The position numbers were made by a program, and so were the translations under genes. The notes under the pieces are model-generated. The model was not told where the DNA came from. It searched no databases and saw nothing but the letters and a program-made list of their open reading frames with translations. From assembly GCA_029953675.1 (NCBI GenBank), contig JAMWBK010000007.1:2108001-2172000 (forward strand): DNA of 64,000 nt, given 5' to 3'. The DNA comes from Rhodosorus marinus CCMP1338 (Eukaryota > Plantae > Rhodophyta). Of this stretch, positions 46,100 to 60,024 are shown in pieces (within the stretch, counting starts at the first letter, position 1; each line of letters opens with the position of its first letter).

Positions 46100-48820
46100 T
46101 TGCTTTTGCAGGGTCCTCATCCAGTATGATCGTGTCTCGCTTTCGCATGGGCTAAGTAGATTGTTATTGATGCAGTATTCGAGCTCGACGACAACGAGCC
46201 CCGCCATCTTTGTTCTTGGCATCGTTTGGAAAGCTGACAACTGTCCTGTGGACATACGGGACTCGGAACTTAGGCCGAACAACTTCTGTGGCAGCGTATT
46301 GTATTGATGAACAGATCCTTGACGGATAACCACACCTAAATAAATCTTTGACTGCTTGTGAGGTAGCAGTGTCCAAACTAGTATGAAACGCTTAGTAGTC
46401 CCTTCACTTGAGCTACAGAGTGGGGCGCCATTGGTCCTCAAGGAAGGCAAATTTGGCTAGGCCAAGCAAACCGCAGGCCGGGTTGTATTGTCTGGTTTCA
46501 CATAGGGCTATGAAGTTTCCCCATGCACTCGCCGGACTACGGCAGCAAAGCCACCTGCACATGCGCAGGAATTCTAGGCGAGATCTTTCAAGGCTGTCAG
46601 CTTTGCGGTCTCTCTAAAAGGATAACGAAATGTGTCCATCCAAAGGCTGTTTTTTTAAAAGGCGCCTGAAACAGCAACATCGACAACAAGACAGGCGTGA
46701 GGTGATCACAGTTTGGTTGAGCAATGACATATTAGGGCATTCTTGGTGTAGCTTCCTCAAATTTGTTGAAGCTATTTTGTAAGGTTGTACTTTCAGGACT
46801 TGCTATATACCTACGTGAGCGCGTGAAGGGCTAGATTCCATCTTCTCAATTCCCGTCACTTCGCTCGTCGACATGCGCAGGGATTTCTGGAATAACTGGG
46901 TGAAAAAGTCTTCATAGTACGTCAGTTATTTCATTCGCGCAATAGCGACGTAGGAAGAAGTGCATGCTCCGATCTGATACAGTGATGGTTCGATATTTCA
47001 GCAAAGAAAAAGGCAACCCACATTCTAATCTGAGGTATACAGTTTCAAAGAACTGGAGAGGACTGTATGAGATTCGACTGTGTGCCCGAAGCTCCTATCG
47101 CCTTATTTTCAAGCCGCGCATCCACATCATAATATTCCCGTGAATTGCCCTGGTGGCGTCGGTATCTACAACACAAACCTAGTTAGGGCGCAGAGAGCGC
47201 GTCCCCAAGGCAGCGTTACAATACCAGAGAGTCAGACTCAAAGAAGCATATAGTCCTAAAAGAGCATCAGCGGGGTCGGTCACCGTAACACTCACGAAAC
47301 CAAGCACTCCCGGGCAAAAGAAGAACTCGGCGTGTGATCCGAAGACCACCCACGATCCCTTTCCAGCCGCTTGTCGGAACATACCCTCGATTGAAATTAA
47401 AAATAATTTCGCCTCTGTAAACATTTCCTACGAAATCTTCAATAAACAAGTCAACTCCTGATTCGGGCGGCGTATCAAATCAATACCCACAGCACAGCAC
47501 GCAGAGGCAATGTTCACTCTCGTTTCGGGACTCAGCGTATTGGTATGAGTTTGTTCCACTCATTTTCGAGTGCTTCGGTCAGTCGATAGTGTAGGTTTTC
47601 ATTGGCTTCGTGTACTCTTTCGTAACGACCCAGCCCGTCTTGTTAGGCTCCTCCGGAGCTGTCTTTGACTCTCCGGCGGTCGAACGCTACGCGTTGTCGG
47701 GTGCGCGTCATCAGCAGGTTCTTTCCCACATCTCAGTGTAGTTAGTCTCTTAAGCGGGCGTGATTGTAATAAATATAAGTTGCAACTTCCGAATACCATC
47801 AGTTACCCTTCGCCGTGATATAGGCGCATAAACTTGTGGGGGGGGGCCGGGGGGGTAGATTTATGTGAAAGCTACACTAAACAATGAAAAACTGATCGGA
47901 CAACTGTGCCCCTGTCAATAATTTTTCCCTGCATTATACTATGCAAGATGAACTTTCGGGTTTTTGGAAATCTGTCCTTCTGGTTTAGCTCAGTGTAACG
48001 ATTCATCAGGACGTCACACTCAGTCACGCTGGTTTAGCTAGTGCTCTAATCAGACTAACTCAGAATCGCAGCGTTTCGTGGTTGCTTTATTTTGTGTGAG
48101 TACTTCTTTGCGACTGGAAGTAAAAACTTCATTCCAGCTCTTTAGGTCTTTAGAAGTCTCTAGTAACTCCCTCAGTCTCTGCATCAACGGAGACCTCTTG
48201 AACTACTCAATAGGCTCATGTTCATCAATACGGTCAGCTTCAATGCGCGGGTACTCATATAGGTCTGCACGCACTCACCTGCAGCTGGTTTCTCTCAATA
48301 TACAAGAGTTTTTCAACTTTTCTGAATCCAAGCCATTTCGCTTCGAATCAGTGAAGGGCATCTGCGATTGATCCGCGCGTATCAGTCGTTGAGGGTGACG
48401 CGGGTGGAGTCTAGCGTAGCAAATCTTGTACTGGGCTGAGGATCAACTTCATCTAAAACTTTCACCGCACTCAGCGGGAAACTTCGAGAATCGAAGTCGA
48501 TCGTTTGCATGACATCAGTCCTCTGATGGTCTGGACAGATAACGTCAACCCAACGTCAAAATGAAGGAAAAAGTCAAGATCTCTGTCGGAGGTCGCGTCA
48601 ACAACCCACATTGACGAAATCGTTTCGGAATCCCGGTTTTTCACGGTTAAGCCGATAAGCTGCATGGTAAAAACCCGCATAGTCGCAGCCAACAACTGCA
48701 ACTTGTATTTGCTGCTTCTGATTCTAGCTTTGTTATAGGCAACTCGATTCCCTAAAAATAATGGTAAGATCTGCGACGTCCTATATTCCCTTAGGCCTGG
48801 CAAGTCTTGGCTCGCCCTTT
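46100..48820 (-). CDS. One or more unidentified multi-exon genes (boundaries approximate)
   Basis: Several stop-free minus-strand segments with splice-like borders (e.g. YYEDFFTQLFQKSLRMSTSEV; MQRLRELLETSKDLKSWNEVF). No family recognised. Confidence 0.2.
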
Positions 48821-50259
48821 GAAAGAAGATATTTTAATTGTAGTTGTCCTTGAAAGAAATCCAATACAAGTAAACATGAAAGCGATGGTCACTAGGGGGG
48901 GGGAACGGGGGGGTGGCCATAGACCCCTCCCGCTTTCTTGAATCGATGTGTACATTCTCCTATTTGAATATTGAAAACGAGGAGGTGGGAACCTATTCGA
49001 ATACGATGTTTGTACATTTTTCTAGATACTTTCAAATAAATCGAATATATGTTTTAGAGTTTCCTGTCGTATGTATCCAACTTGTGTCCCGCAAATGCAT
49101 TTCAACACAGAACCCAGATCTGGTTGCCGTTAAAAGACCTCCTCGACCTGGTTCCTTAACCACTCTCCTGACTCTACCAGCTTGAGCTACTTGCAGTGCT
49201 AGGATGCTACGTCATGGAGACCATGAAGAGAAAATAAGGAGTCATCAATACGTTTGAAACTACTCAGACAATCCCGCGCCGGAGTAGTCAGTTAAGGGAG
49301 ACCCACCGGACCTCGAGAATGGTCTCTTGGACATGCCGTTATGAGCAGCATACATGAGCTCGTTGCGCATCGATTAACGGTTTTTGAAAATCAGGAAAAC
49401 TGATCAGGTCAAAAAATTCTCCCCAGTCTAGGGGGAATTTTTTTTGATCGTTCGTTTTGATGCGTATTTTGCATCAACTCCTTTGGTATACGTCCTGAAG
49501 AACCAAAATAGATTATCAATGGAATTCTAATTAGCGTGGAGGCTAGGGTCTTCTGCGTCGGAAAGCAGTGCGAACAGGCGCTTTTGATAAAAAACGGGAT
49601 CGTCCGCGCATACAGTTGCCCCAGGTCGGAGCTTATATATTGCACTGGTTCTGGGTGGAGCCTCAACCGGTTGTAAATTGGGAGTGCTTCTTGTCTGTTG
49701 TATATGGGAAAGGGAGGCCAATTTGAAGGGTGTTGGCGTGGACTGCGCAGATGATCCGACGTACTTCGCGGAGGCAAAACGTTGAAGATGGTGCAGGAGA
49801 AATGGCCAGATGATACAATTGTAGCTGGGCATGTGGATGAGATGAAGTGCGAAGGGTTGATTGCAGGGAGAATTCGATTGCTTTCTGTTGAGCTGAAGCA
49901 ACTGTGCGCGTAGCTGGTTTGCTCTTGAGGACCCCTCTTCGTGCAAGTGGTGAGTTTTGGAGTAGCGAAAGCGTTCTTCGCTACCTCGGGGATGTGGTCG
50001 TGCTTTCTTGACAAGGATGTGGAATTGATGAGCTGGTTGGATTCGGAGACGTTTTGGGCTGGAAGCCGTTGTTAGAAACGAGGTCGGAAGTGTTCTCGTG
50101 TGTAGGTAGGCTCACATGCGGTTAATGTGGCAAGGGAAGGTCGCCTGAGGATTTTCCAGTTATCATGGCCGTGGTGAATCGTTCTGGACTGGAGTGAACT
50201 TGTTTTCGGAAGCTTGGGAAGGTGGCCTCGGGCTAGGCTCGTATAGGCTTTTGCGGTTA

Positions 50260-52614
50260 ATGGCCGAGCTGATCGCTGCATTTCAGAGCATGATCCTGGC
50301 TCTGAGAGACAGACTCGCGGATGTAGTTGGTGTTGTGTTTCCGGCCTTTCAGATGCCGGAAGACTTTGTCCGCGAGCTGGATGAAGCGGCAAGGGACTAT
50401 CATCGGGATAACTCGGAGGCTCAATTGCGCGCACTATTGAAGGCTGTTGAGAATGGAAATGGTCGTTTAGGAAATCTGCTAGAGGCCTTGTCCGACCTGA
50501 GGGAATCCATTTCCCACGTGTTGGCCGTTAAGGTATTCACTGTGCTTAGTCACCCTAGGGTGATGTTGGAGATGGTCCAATTGTTGATGAAGAAAGAGGA
50601 AACCCGTCCTGAAGAGACGGACCTCCGCTTGCGATACGCTCACACATATGTCGCGGCAACAATTTTGAAAAGTGGCTCCCCAGAACTCCGCGAACTTGCT
50701 GTGAATCACAGCGGAGTAATGTGCGTCTTGCTAGGCCACTTTAAGAAGCCAATGCCTTTGGATCCTCTGATAACGGAGAAGGTTTCCCTCCTAATCAGCT
50801 CATTTTCCAGCGACTTCCCCTTCGACCTGTTGGAGCACGTAGAGGGAAAAGGCTTCATTCGATCAGCGGCGGTCCATATCTCAAACCCCAGCGTGGCTGA
50901 AATGATTGGCCAACTATTTGTTGGCAGTGGCGGGGTGGAACAGACAAGTCTGCCCGTGAACGGTTTCATGCAATTCTTCTTCGAGGAGAAAGTATACGAC
51001 GTTCTCGTGGATCGGTTCCTTGCAGCTTCCGAGTGCGAGAGTCTACTGAACCGTGACAACCGACCCGATGGTCTATGTCTGCAGGAGCAGGAAAATTCGC
51101 TCTCGGCTATGCATTCCATTATCAAGAGGGTAGCTCCTCTGTTCAATGAAGGTGACTTCTACAGCTCGGGAGATATTCGGGACGCGTTTGATTACATGCA
51201 GTTTGTGCAGAATGAGCAGCACCTGAACAGAATATTCGATACAGCGATAGAGCTTGGGGAGCGGTTTGCAGACTCGTCAGCCCTTACCGCGGCCATGCGC
51301 TTCGGATCGGATCTATTGGAAGTGTTCTCGTCTGGTACTTCGGGCACAGCGGCAAACAGCATCAACAAAGACGATTCGCTGTTTGCGAATTCTGTCAGAG
51401 ACAGCTGGCACCCACAGGATGATGACACAACGGATGGTGATGGTGGCGGTTTCGGCACATTGAAGAGCGAGATGGGAAGGCCAGAGCCTAGTGGGAGCCA
51501 AACTCAGAAAAAGAGTTCGTACGAAGCCGTACTCATCCCAAGATTCGCTGGCCTGAGTCGTATTCTTGAGAGACACATTGCCGCGACTCGTCAGAGCATT
51601 TCGAACAAGAATCCGTATCGCCTGGGGTCAACAGTCCTAGAAGTTGTGACCTTTCTCGGGGTCTGCTTCCAAGCACGGAATAGGGTAGGAACCAAAATCT
51701 CGGAAGTTCGAAGCTGAATTTTATAAATCGGCTAGCACCGACGCTCACACTTTCTTTCTTGTTTTCCTCTGTGTGATAAATCAGGACGTACGGAATGAAT
51801 TGTTTCGCCTTGGGATTCATGCTCAGCTCTACGATATGCTTGCACTGCATGAGGACAGCTCGATGTTGCACCAAACTGTGGAGGTTACAGTCGAGTTCGG
51901 CCTTTTAAACGACCCTAAGCTGGGAAGGATTGTGTGGCTGAAGGAATTCCGTCTAGCGGAGAAGCTTTTGTCCTTTTGGGAATCCTCCGTAAGTAGAGCC
52001 TCCTCATTCTGGCTTTTCGAGGGCAGTGCTAAAACTGCATGCAGTTTGAGAGTGCTTGCGAATGGAATCAACCAGCAGGGTGCTCCGTTTGCCTCTCCGA
52101 TGCTACAGAAGGACTTTCCCAATCTAGCGGGTTATAGTAGGAGTACTCTGTTTCTTTGGATTCTTTGTCGACAACCAAGACCGCGTTTCGTTTGCTGTGG
52201 TAGAGCGGCATGCTAACTCTGTCCCGTTCGTCTGTTTGGTCCGCTCAGTGTGTTAATATAACCGGAAGATGGTCCACGCGATTAAGTACTGCTGTGCAAA
52301 TGCTCTACTATGTATTGGAGATAGAGCATCGAAACGGAGGAGACAGTTCGGAGGTAAAGGGACTGCTAGGGGAGGAAACGTATGATCGGTTTGTACAGTA
52401 CTATGAAAATGAGTTGTCTGAGATTCTCAGAATTGAGAATCAAGTGATTGGTGGAAGCATTCCCCGGCAAGGTCACAACGGATTTCATAGTTTGAGCGAT
52501 TTTAGACATGCTCATATTGACGAGTTCGTTGATAGTGATGACGAAGAAGATACTTTTTCCAAGAGAAGGTCGTCGAGTCGCATTAGGAACAGAGCGCCTA
52601 ACGTTGAATTGTGA
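50260..52614 (+). CDS. SIT4 phosphatase-associated protein / PP6 regulatory subunit (SAPS domain), multi-exon
   Basis: RLRYAHTYVAATIL; LLGHFKKPMPLDPLITEKVSLLISSF; FIRSAAVHISNPSVAEMIGQLF; YRLGSTVLEVVTFL; RNELFRLGIHAQLYDMLALHEDSSMLHQTVE; acidic SDDEED tail. All follow the order of SAPS-family motifs. Confidence 0.8.
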
Positions 52615-55144
52615 TGGGGGTGGCCAGACGATTTTCTTTGGCAGTTTAGAGACTCCGGCTATTGGGAAAGCAAGCGCGAAGGTGGGGCGCCGACTCCGCG
52701 CTTCCTATATCATATTTATATCACTTTCTTTTGAGGACAAACTCGTTCTTGGCGGCGGCTATATTCCTAACGTACTCTGGAACCTTTAAAGGTGATAACT
52801 TGTAGTTACCGCTGCTCTCGATCGCTTATGACACAACCATGCGCGTGAGGATGAGGCAGGAGAGTATTGCATGAACTGTACGGGGACAACGAGCCCTCCC
52901 GGCTCTGATTGGATTCCTTGCCTGTTTCGAAGCTTGTATAAAGGATGTTATCGGTGTAAAGGGCTGAGAGGACTGAGAGGACGCATATGCGCACGCTACC
53001 ATCGTCAACTACTGGCGGACGGACAAGCAAACTTGATCATTTCATCATCATCGTTTTATCCCTGCTTGGCTGTGGTAGTCGTCAGGATGTTTGCAAGGTT
53101 TCTTAGTAGCAGTTGCTTTGGCTGTCGTTCAGGAGTTCTGTGGTGCTAGGAGTATGAGACATTTCAGTCCCTGCATCTTGGAACGTCCAGATCAGATTTT
53201 CAGTAATCCACCACACCCATGGACCTTCAAGCGTTTGGACTTTGTTCCAGATGTGCCCCAAGAGCAAAACTCTACCGCCGGCAGGGGAGCCGTGTTTGCA
53301 GTGATCTATTGCATCCACGGAACTGCAAGCGTTGGTACTTGGTTCGTAACGGAAGTGTTCAAAAAGCATAACTCTAGCACAGGAATCCATGTGCTTGTGG
53401 GAAACTAGGTTCCCGATCCACCACCCTCAACTGTGATCTCCTAAGCAGTAAACGGGCTCAGCAGATTCATAGGGCAAGGCTTGACGAGCGGGCCGTTGCT
53501 GGATGTCGGATGGCCTTGTTCGTGGTTACGGAATTGGATGAACGCAAAGAGACCCTTACAATTATCGTACGAAAGTCGGTAGTTCGACGGGATAGCTTAG
53601 CACGACGTCTCCGATTCTTTAAACGTGTCCAACTCAGTTTCAGAGCGTCTGCATCCACCCCTTGAAGGAGTCAGACTCGCTGGTTTGTTGCTAGATGAAC
53701 AAGAAAGGCCTAGCCGCATCGCCAATTCTGAACCCTGTTGGGGCCCCAAGCGCCTTATTTCAACCCTTGGGAAAGTGTTTGTCGATATACGATAGGGACC
53801 AAGGTCACCTTTGTTAGGATGCCAGCTGAGGAGCTGAATGTGAACAGAGTCATCAATGGGCTTACAGTGATACTCCGGAACGGGAAAGCATTCCCAGGCG
53901 AGGGCAATGGGCGAGTTTATGGATGACTTTCCGGTCCATGAAATCGACTTCCGGAGAAGCCTTAGTGCAGACTCGCATTTCAGCTGTAATCAACGTGGGT
54001 AGGACAAGGAAGCGAACAAATTTCAACGCGTTCAAAACACTATCGCAGCGCAGGATGTCTCTTAAACTATTAGATTCGTTCGCGAAGAAATTTTTTCTTG
54101 AGAGAGATCGTGTCTACTGGATTGTAGGTGTTCGTCCAAGGCATCGCCCAGCCACGAAGTCCCGTTTTTTTAACTCCGGCCAGGTCAGGGGAAACTCGTT
54201 TCATGTATTGGGGCCCTCAGCATGAGCCCTCAACTGAAGTGATGGGTTGCACCGATAACAAGCGTCCAAGTAGTGTTCATGAGGACTTTGGTGAACAATC
54301 TATCAACTGTGCGCCCAACCATTCGAACGAGCTTACAATTTTGAAAAACTACACTGCTAGATTGATGGAGGGTCGATTCCCCCAAAAGTGAAAGAGGGAT
54401 GAGTTCACCCCCAAAAAGGCACTCAGCCGTTTGAGCATGCACAGAGGCCTTGTGCTCCGTGCTTCTTGAGCACGAGGAACAAGTCATTTCCTGAGGTCGA
54501 GGGTGGGTTTTCTTAAGATTGAGAACGTGGTCAAGCCATTGTGATTTCTCACCTAGGAATGCGATGCTGCGGTGAGGGGTACTGACATATAGCTGCATCG
54601 GGGTTGGTTGACGCAGTTGAGCACAGCCTTTCTCTATTCAACTTAGAAAGAAATCGAGCTTTTCAACAAATAGATTTTTTTCCTTTCCTCTTCCTTGAAC
54701 GAAACGCAAGATTGAAAAACGATCACCACCTGCTTTGGGCTCGGTTGGTCATCCAAGGCTACTACCTGTCGGTTTGAACCCACCCAAATAAACGATATGG
54801 GTGTCGACAGTTCGCTAGTAGATTCTCCCGCCCCAGGATACCCCCCCACCCCCGTTCTCTTTTACGCTCACATGAAACCGCACGCCTATTTTCATTCGCA
54901 GTTCGTTATACGGTCCGGTACGACCTCTTCAAATTATTTGGAAAAACATCAAATCCGAACACCATATAACAATATGTGATATGATGCTAATTCATGGTTC
55001 GCAAATTAGACCCTTACGCGTGTCTCCGTTCTAGTTGGATTGCAGGGAAGTACTAAATATTTAAGATAGTGTTCGCCAAGAAGCATAATTGATGCGCATC
55101 TACGGTCTCCCAAAATCACTATGAGAAAGGGTGATACATTGTTT

Positions 55145-55591
55145 CTACTGTTTCAACATCTCTTTCGTCAGCCATGACAACAGTTGGTGTTCAACCCCCC
55201 CCGGTTCCACGAGAAACCGCTTCCTAGCGTAGATACTGGTATGGGCAGTAGATAAACGATAAGTGCTAAATTTCCACGAGCACTGGATTGCTAAAAACGC
55301 CCTGCGAGGGGGATTGCGTGGAAAATTCAATATGTGTAAGCTCGTTTCTACATAGTTTCTACGTAATTCCGGGCCCATTTCTGAGGAATCTATCTGAATC
55401 ACTGCCTGCAGCAGGGTAGCAACATTGTCAGAAAACCTGGAATCCTGGTTCCCTAGATCAATTTCGAAGAATGCTCGTTTTGCCACACTGCTAGTTGTGA
55501 ACGCGATCTCGGCGTTCACATATAATGCTTGTAAACATATCAAAACTACAATACGCTTCATAAACAAGAAGAAAATTGACACCCTTCTCAT
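55145..55591 (-). CDS. Hypothetical small secreted protein (138-148 aa; alternative ATG at 55561)
   Basis: Single-exon ORF with signal-peptide-like MKRIVVLICLQALYVNA-E, followed by SSVAKR. No known domain. Confidence 0.5.
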   Translation of the reverse strand: MRRVSIFFLFMKRIVVLICLQALYVNAEIAFTTSSVAKRAFFEIDLGNQDSRFSDNVATLLQAVIQIDSSEMGPELRRNYVETSLHILNFPRNPPRRAFLAIQCSWKFSTYRLSTAHTSIYARKRFLVEPGGVEHQLLSWLTKEMLKQ

Positions 55592-56727
55592 TCACAAGAG
55601 GCCGTAGCAATAGCTGCCCTGAGCACTAATCGCGAGTACTTCGCCGCGCTTAGTCTTTTTTTCCCCTCGGGGTTTTTTTTTTTTTCAGCCTCCGATTAAA
55701 CCATTCATTCAATGTGATTCAAATCAATTAAGAATAAGGAGAACGCTTGAGCGTCGACACATATAGGGTTTATCGCCATTACCCTAAACGGCCCCACAAA
55801 GCCGTTAAGCTGAGCGTCCATCTCAGTTTTTTTTGGAGAAATTTGAATTTGCCGTCGGAATCGTGGTCCTCTAACAAGTTCATTTTTTCTGTATGTTTTT
55901 CACCTACGGGACCTAAGCGCAATAAAATTTCAAACCAAAGCATAAATATTTTCCGCGGTGAGGATTATCGGCAAGAGCCGCTGTTCAGCTCGCAATCCTT
56001 GGTTGCCCCAATTCGAGGAAATACGCAAAGGGACGCGGTGCTCGAGCCAGTGAATGTACGAATATCTGATAGTTCCCAACAGCAACTTCAAAAAAAAACA
56101 ACAATTTCAACCTCGGAAACAAGGCAAATGGAGTAACTACGCTTATACTCAGAACAATTGATTTTGGACACGCGTCAGACCATGATTCATAGGAATTCGT
56201 TGGCGTTTCACCCAGACAGAGTATAATTGGATCAACGCATTCAGTTGGAGGTTGTACTCGTCTGGTCTTGATGTGAAGGAAGAATTCGTCAAGCCATTGT
56301 TTTTAAGAAATAAATTGCTCAGAAGACAATTCATTATGATATTCAATTAATTTTGATCGAGAGCTGGACCGGAAAGCGTCAAGCAAACGAAATACTCTGC
56401 TCCAAGGGGTTCCCTTGAATATGTAATATTTTACGAGCGCGTCTTGGGGAAAGAACCATTCAGTCATGTTCTTTTTCTCATGCTTCGGGAATTTTTTTCT
56501 TTCAAGAGTCTAGAAGATGACGATCTCTGATTCAAACGGACCCAACGAGGCGAGAGGAGCTCGCTTCGAGAAGCCTACATAAAGGGGATTTGATGCTGCA
56601 CACCGGAGAAAGAGGAGATAGATCCAAAAGAGTAAGTATACAGATTCAAGAGAGTTGAAGCTGAGGAGCAGAGAGTGAAAGGAAAAACTACGCTGTAGCA
56701 GAAAAACTAGGGTTTCCGGATCAGGAT

Positions 56728-57282
56728 ATGTCATTGCTGTTTATGAGTGATTTAGTAGCTGTTGACCTGGAGAATCAACTTCTGGCATCGTTCGCAGAGG
56801 GCGGGCCGGCGTTTGCGCCGGTAGACTTGGATCTTATTGCCCCGGAAGAGTTGGAAGTTGAGAACTCCCTGTGGTCCACTGAGAGTGCTTCGCTTAGCGA
56901 AAGCTCGCATTGCAGCGATGATGGTGACTTTCTCGAAAAGTTCCTCGCTGAGATCGAGCCTGAAATCCCAGTTGTCAAGGTGGAACCTGAGACGGTAAAG
57001 CCTGTTGAGGTTGTCCGCCCATCGAACGCAATGGCAACATGCCCAATCTGCCATTCGAACTTTTTCCGCAAGTACGAGATGATCAGGCATCTGAAAGCTA
57101 CTCATTATCGCATCCGCCCTCACCAATGTAAATACTGCAAAAAATCGTTCGCGCGAACATGCCACCTCAACGTGCACATAAAAAACGTACATATGAAACG
57201 CGATAAGAAGAAGAGGCAAACGAAGAAACAGAAGACAGAACCAACTATAACTGGCTTCCGGGAGAACGGAACCCTGTTGTAA
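56728..57282 (+). CDS. C2H2 zinc-finger transcription factor (two fingers, acidic N-terminal region, basic NLS)
   Basis: CPICHSNFFRKYEMIRHLKATH, linker YRIRPHQ, CKYCKKSFARTCHLNVHIKNVH, then KRDKKKRQTKKQK. Intronless, 184 aa. Confidence 0.93.
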   Translation: MSLLFMSDLVAVDLENQLLASFAEGGPAFAPVDLDLIAPEELEVENSLWSTESASLSESSHCSDDGDFLEKFLAEIEPEIPVVKVEPETVKPVEVVRPSNAMATCPICHSNFFRKYEMIRHLKATHYRIRPHQCKYCKKSFARTCHLNVHIKNVHMKRDKKKRQTKKQKTEPTITGFRENGTLL

Positions 57283-57377
57283 CTTGTATACCAACTTAAT
57301 AAAACTATCCGAAGTTGAAATGAAACAGATTTTCGGGAACGTCCCTTGCCCTCCTTATCACAACATACCTGAGCACG

Positions 57378-59100
57378 TCAATCAAAAATCTTGAGTTCTC
57401 GAGAAGGACGCGGGATCCTCCACCGGATTAGAAGAGGAGCAAAAGCATACACAGACGAGAACACAAAGTTCAGTTCCTCAGCACGGTCGTACAGTCTGCT
57501 GCCTGTTCCGATTTCCCTCTGGGAGCAGAGTTGTTCCAACTCGGGGTTGGCAGACAGTCGGCTTTTCTCAAGACCATTCAGCCGTTTTGCTAGAGCTGCA
57601 TAGATACCTAGAGGTTTGCGCTCCTTGCCTACGCTGTTCTTTGGAAAACAAACAAGCACTCGCCGCTGTCCACGACCAGCCTTTCCCTTGCATACTGCAT
57701 TCTACAAACGATTGTGTGCTGACTGAGACTACCTTTCTCTGTGGCGTAGAAGAGGCGCGTGGGTATAACAGATGAAATGGAACAACCGAATCCCTGTGAC
57801 CAACCAATCACAGCTACGGCGGGATGAAAGGTTCAGTACCCGTTTTCTTTGAGTTCGGATCAACTTTGATCATCTTCTACTTCAAATTGGCTGCACAAAA
57901 TGATTGCTCCCTCACGATCAGTCAATATGTGCTTTGATATAGAATTGTGAAAAAAATGACCATCACGCAAGCTGTATTTTTCGATCTTTTAGGATCGCTC
58001 TTTTCCGTCTGTAGCGGATGCCAATCCATTGTACAGGGTTTTAACCAGGTAAAAACCGAAGTTTCCCTCTCAAATCCTTGTTTTTTTTGGCGATGACTTA
58101 CTTTTAGTAGTGTCGTACCCAGCGACAGGGCGTGGTTTCGGTCTCACACCCAGGTAGAGGTATGAACTAGAAGTAGTAGCACCGTCGTATGCATAGATAC
58201 CCGCATTACAATACCATAGTCACGGTCTCTTGCCAGCACACCCGAATTGATCAGGGAGCCTGTCTCCGTGGGGAGGCTGACTGGCCAGTATATTCAGAAT
58301 ATTTCAAAGGCACGTGCATGATCACGATAAAAAAGTCGTTAGGTTTCGATACCCAAAGGGTTGCCCCTGTTTACTGTTTATCGAGCAGGGTAGGTCACCC
58401 GGTTGACCCTAATCTAGACTAAAGATTTGACTTTCTAGCAAAAAGTTTGTAAAGTAAGCCTATGCTCGGGCGTTTCATGTTACAGCCTCATTTCCGAAAC
58501 GAATTTGGCGAATATGGCAGGAAATCAAAGACATCATGGTGTTAACTGTGGATATGCTTGCCCTAGATATTTCTCAATTTTTGGGACATGTAGACGTTAT
58601 CTGTTCGAATGGGACCCCTTTGTCATGGAAATGGCGTTTCCTGAAACGTCCAGAACTGACGTTTGTCCCCGGCCAAACTATTCTCAAATTCACCTTTGTC
58701 TTCTACCTAACCTGATAATCCTCTGCAGCGCAATGCTTCTCTTAACATCCTTCCAATACCCGAAAAGAATTGTGGTTGGAGTTTGCGCAGTGTCCGGTGT
58801 GATACTCCTCGCCAAACTGGTCCTCCACCAATTCTTTCAAAAGCTGAAAGCGTTCAGAGTAGTTGAAAGAACAAGACGTTCGGGTACTGTGGTTTCGCGA
58901 TATCCCCTTGGTTGATTCACAGGATAGTCAGCAGTGCAAAGCAAGAATGGAGACCTTGAAAAAGTATTTGCAAAGCAAAGTACAAAACGGACTCCGGCGA
59001 CTCTGAGTTAAACCGCTCGGTTTGGATATGGATGAGCGTTTCTGAGCTAAGCCGAGGTCAACACTGACAACCATAGCCCCACAAAGGCGCGAAACATGGG
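57378..59100 (-). CDS. Unidentified multi-exon gene (boundaries approximate)
   Basis: Protein-like minus-strand segments (e.g. LEQLCSQREIGTGSRLYDRAEELNFVFSSVYAFAP; HILTDREGAIILCSQFE). Structure unresolved. Confidence 0.2.
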
Positions 59101-60024
59101 TTTAAGCCTGCCCTGGTCATTAATATTACACTCCGAAATAAACCAAATTAAAGATCCGAGTGACGGGCGCACCCCACAGCTGAATATTGACACCGTAACT
59201 GACATCGATTAAACCAATTCATTCAACTAGACGAACGCACTTGCCTTGACACCTATTGTGGGCCAATCAATTTTGGGGTCACTTAGAATGGGAATCAAAT
59301 TTTAAAGCGAAATATTTGCCAATTTTTACATGCCGAACTAGCCAATGATATGCAGTCGGAGAAATAGTATCCTTTCAGCCAAAAAGCAGGTAAAACAGGT
59401 GGACAGACCCCCCTGGCAGCAGAGGTTGTTTTTCTCTTCTTGTCGATGAGAAAAAGCACGTTCGATAATGTGGTCAAGATGGCCTTCTCCCAAAGCAAAG
59501 TTTCCCCGTTTGTGCTGATCTGAGTGTTAATTGCCACCACCTCGGCGGCAACGTGAACGGCATCCTTCCTCTTGTGCCCCTCCAGGACTAAACCCCAGCC
59601 TAACGAAGCTTTTTGCGTTGGAGACGGAGTGCGCGTTTTGGGGCTGAGGCTTGATTGCTTATGTAGTTTCTTGTGGATAGGTGAGTGAGCAATTGAGCGA
59701 AGGGTGTTCAATTTCTTTTTTTTTTGGAAGGCCTTGGATGTTTCTACGATGATCAAGTACAGGGGCTGGTGAGCAAGTCGCGTTCTTCTTGTTTCCTGTT
59801 AAATGGGATGGGTGAATGAAACGCGAAATGACAGTTGGGCTGGGGAGGTGGGGGACCTAGGTGTGAATGGAGCGCAGTGAGGATCAAAGTGTCGTGGTGT
59901 GATATCCGTTTGCTAGGAGGTAGGTGGCTTGGTTTTGAAAACGGTGAGATGCGCTTAGGGGTAGCGACTGCTAGTGCTAGGTAGCAGCCTTTGCCTTCGA
60001 GCAGGGTCGGAAAAAAAGTTGAGT

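Noticed and set aside
47981-48045. TGGTTTAGCTCAG, resembling a tRNA D-arm / A box, with TGGTTTAGCT repeated
   Set aside because: No T-arm GTTC and no acceptor stem; it cannot form a cloverleaf.
49074-49180. TTCCTTAAC (U12 branch-point consensus) 20 nt upstream of CAG
   Set aside because: No RTATCCTT donor upstream (only GTATCCAA). A normal GTATGT donor and CTGAC branch point explain it.
49409-50014. 201-aa minus-strand ORF
   Set aside because: It lies antisense to the upstream/leader region of the SAPS gene and has no recognisable motif.
14158-52614. Apparent cluster of genome-maintenance and mitosis genes (RFC1, tubulin, ERCC1, INCENP, SAPS)
   Set aside because: They are interspersed with unrelated housekeeping genes. 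This is not distinguishable from chance in a compact genome.
59367-59375. GTATCCTTT (U12 donor consensus)
   Set aside because: No U12 branch point downstream and no exon context.
59295-59756. 153-aa minus-strand ORF
   Set aside because: No domain; located in the promoter/leader region upstream of SLC33A1; likely spurious.
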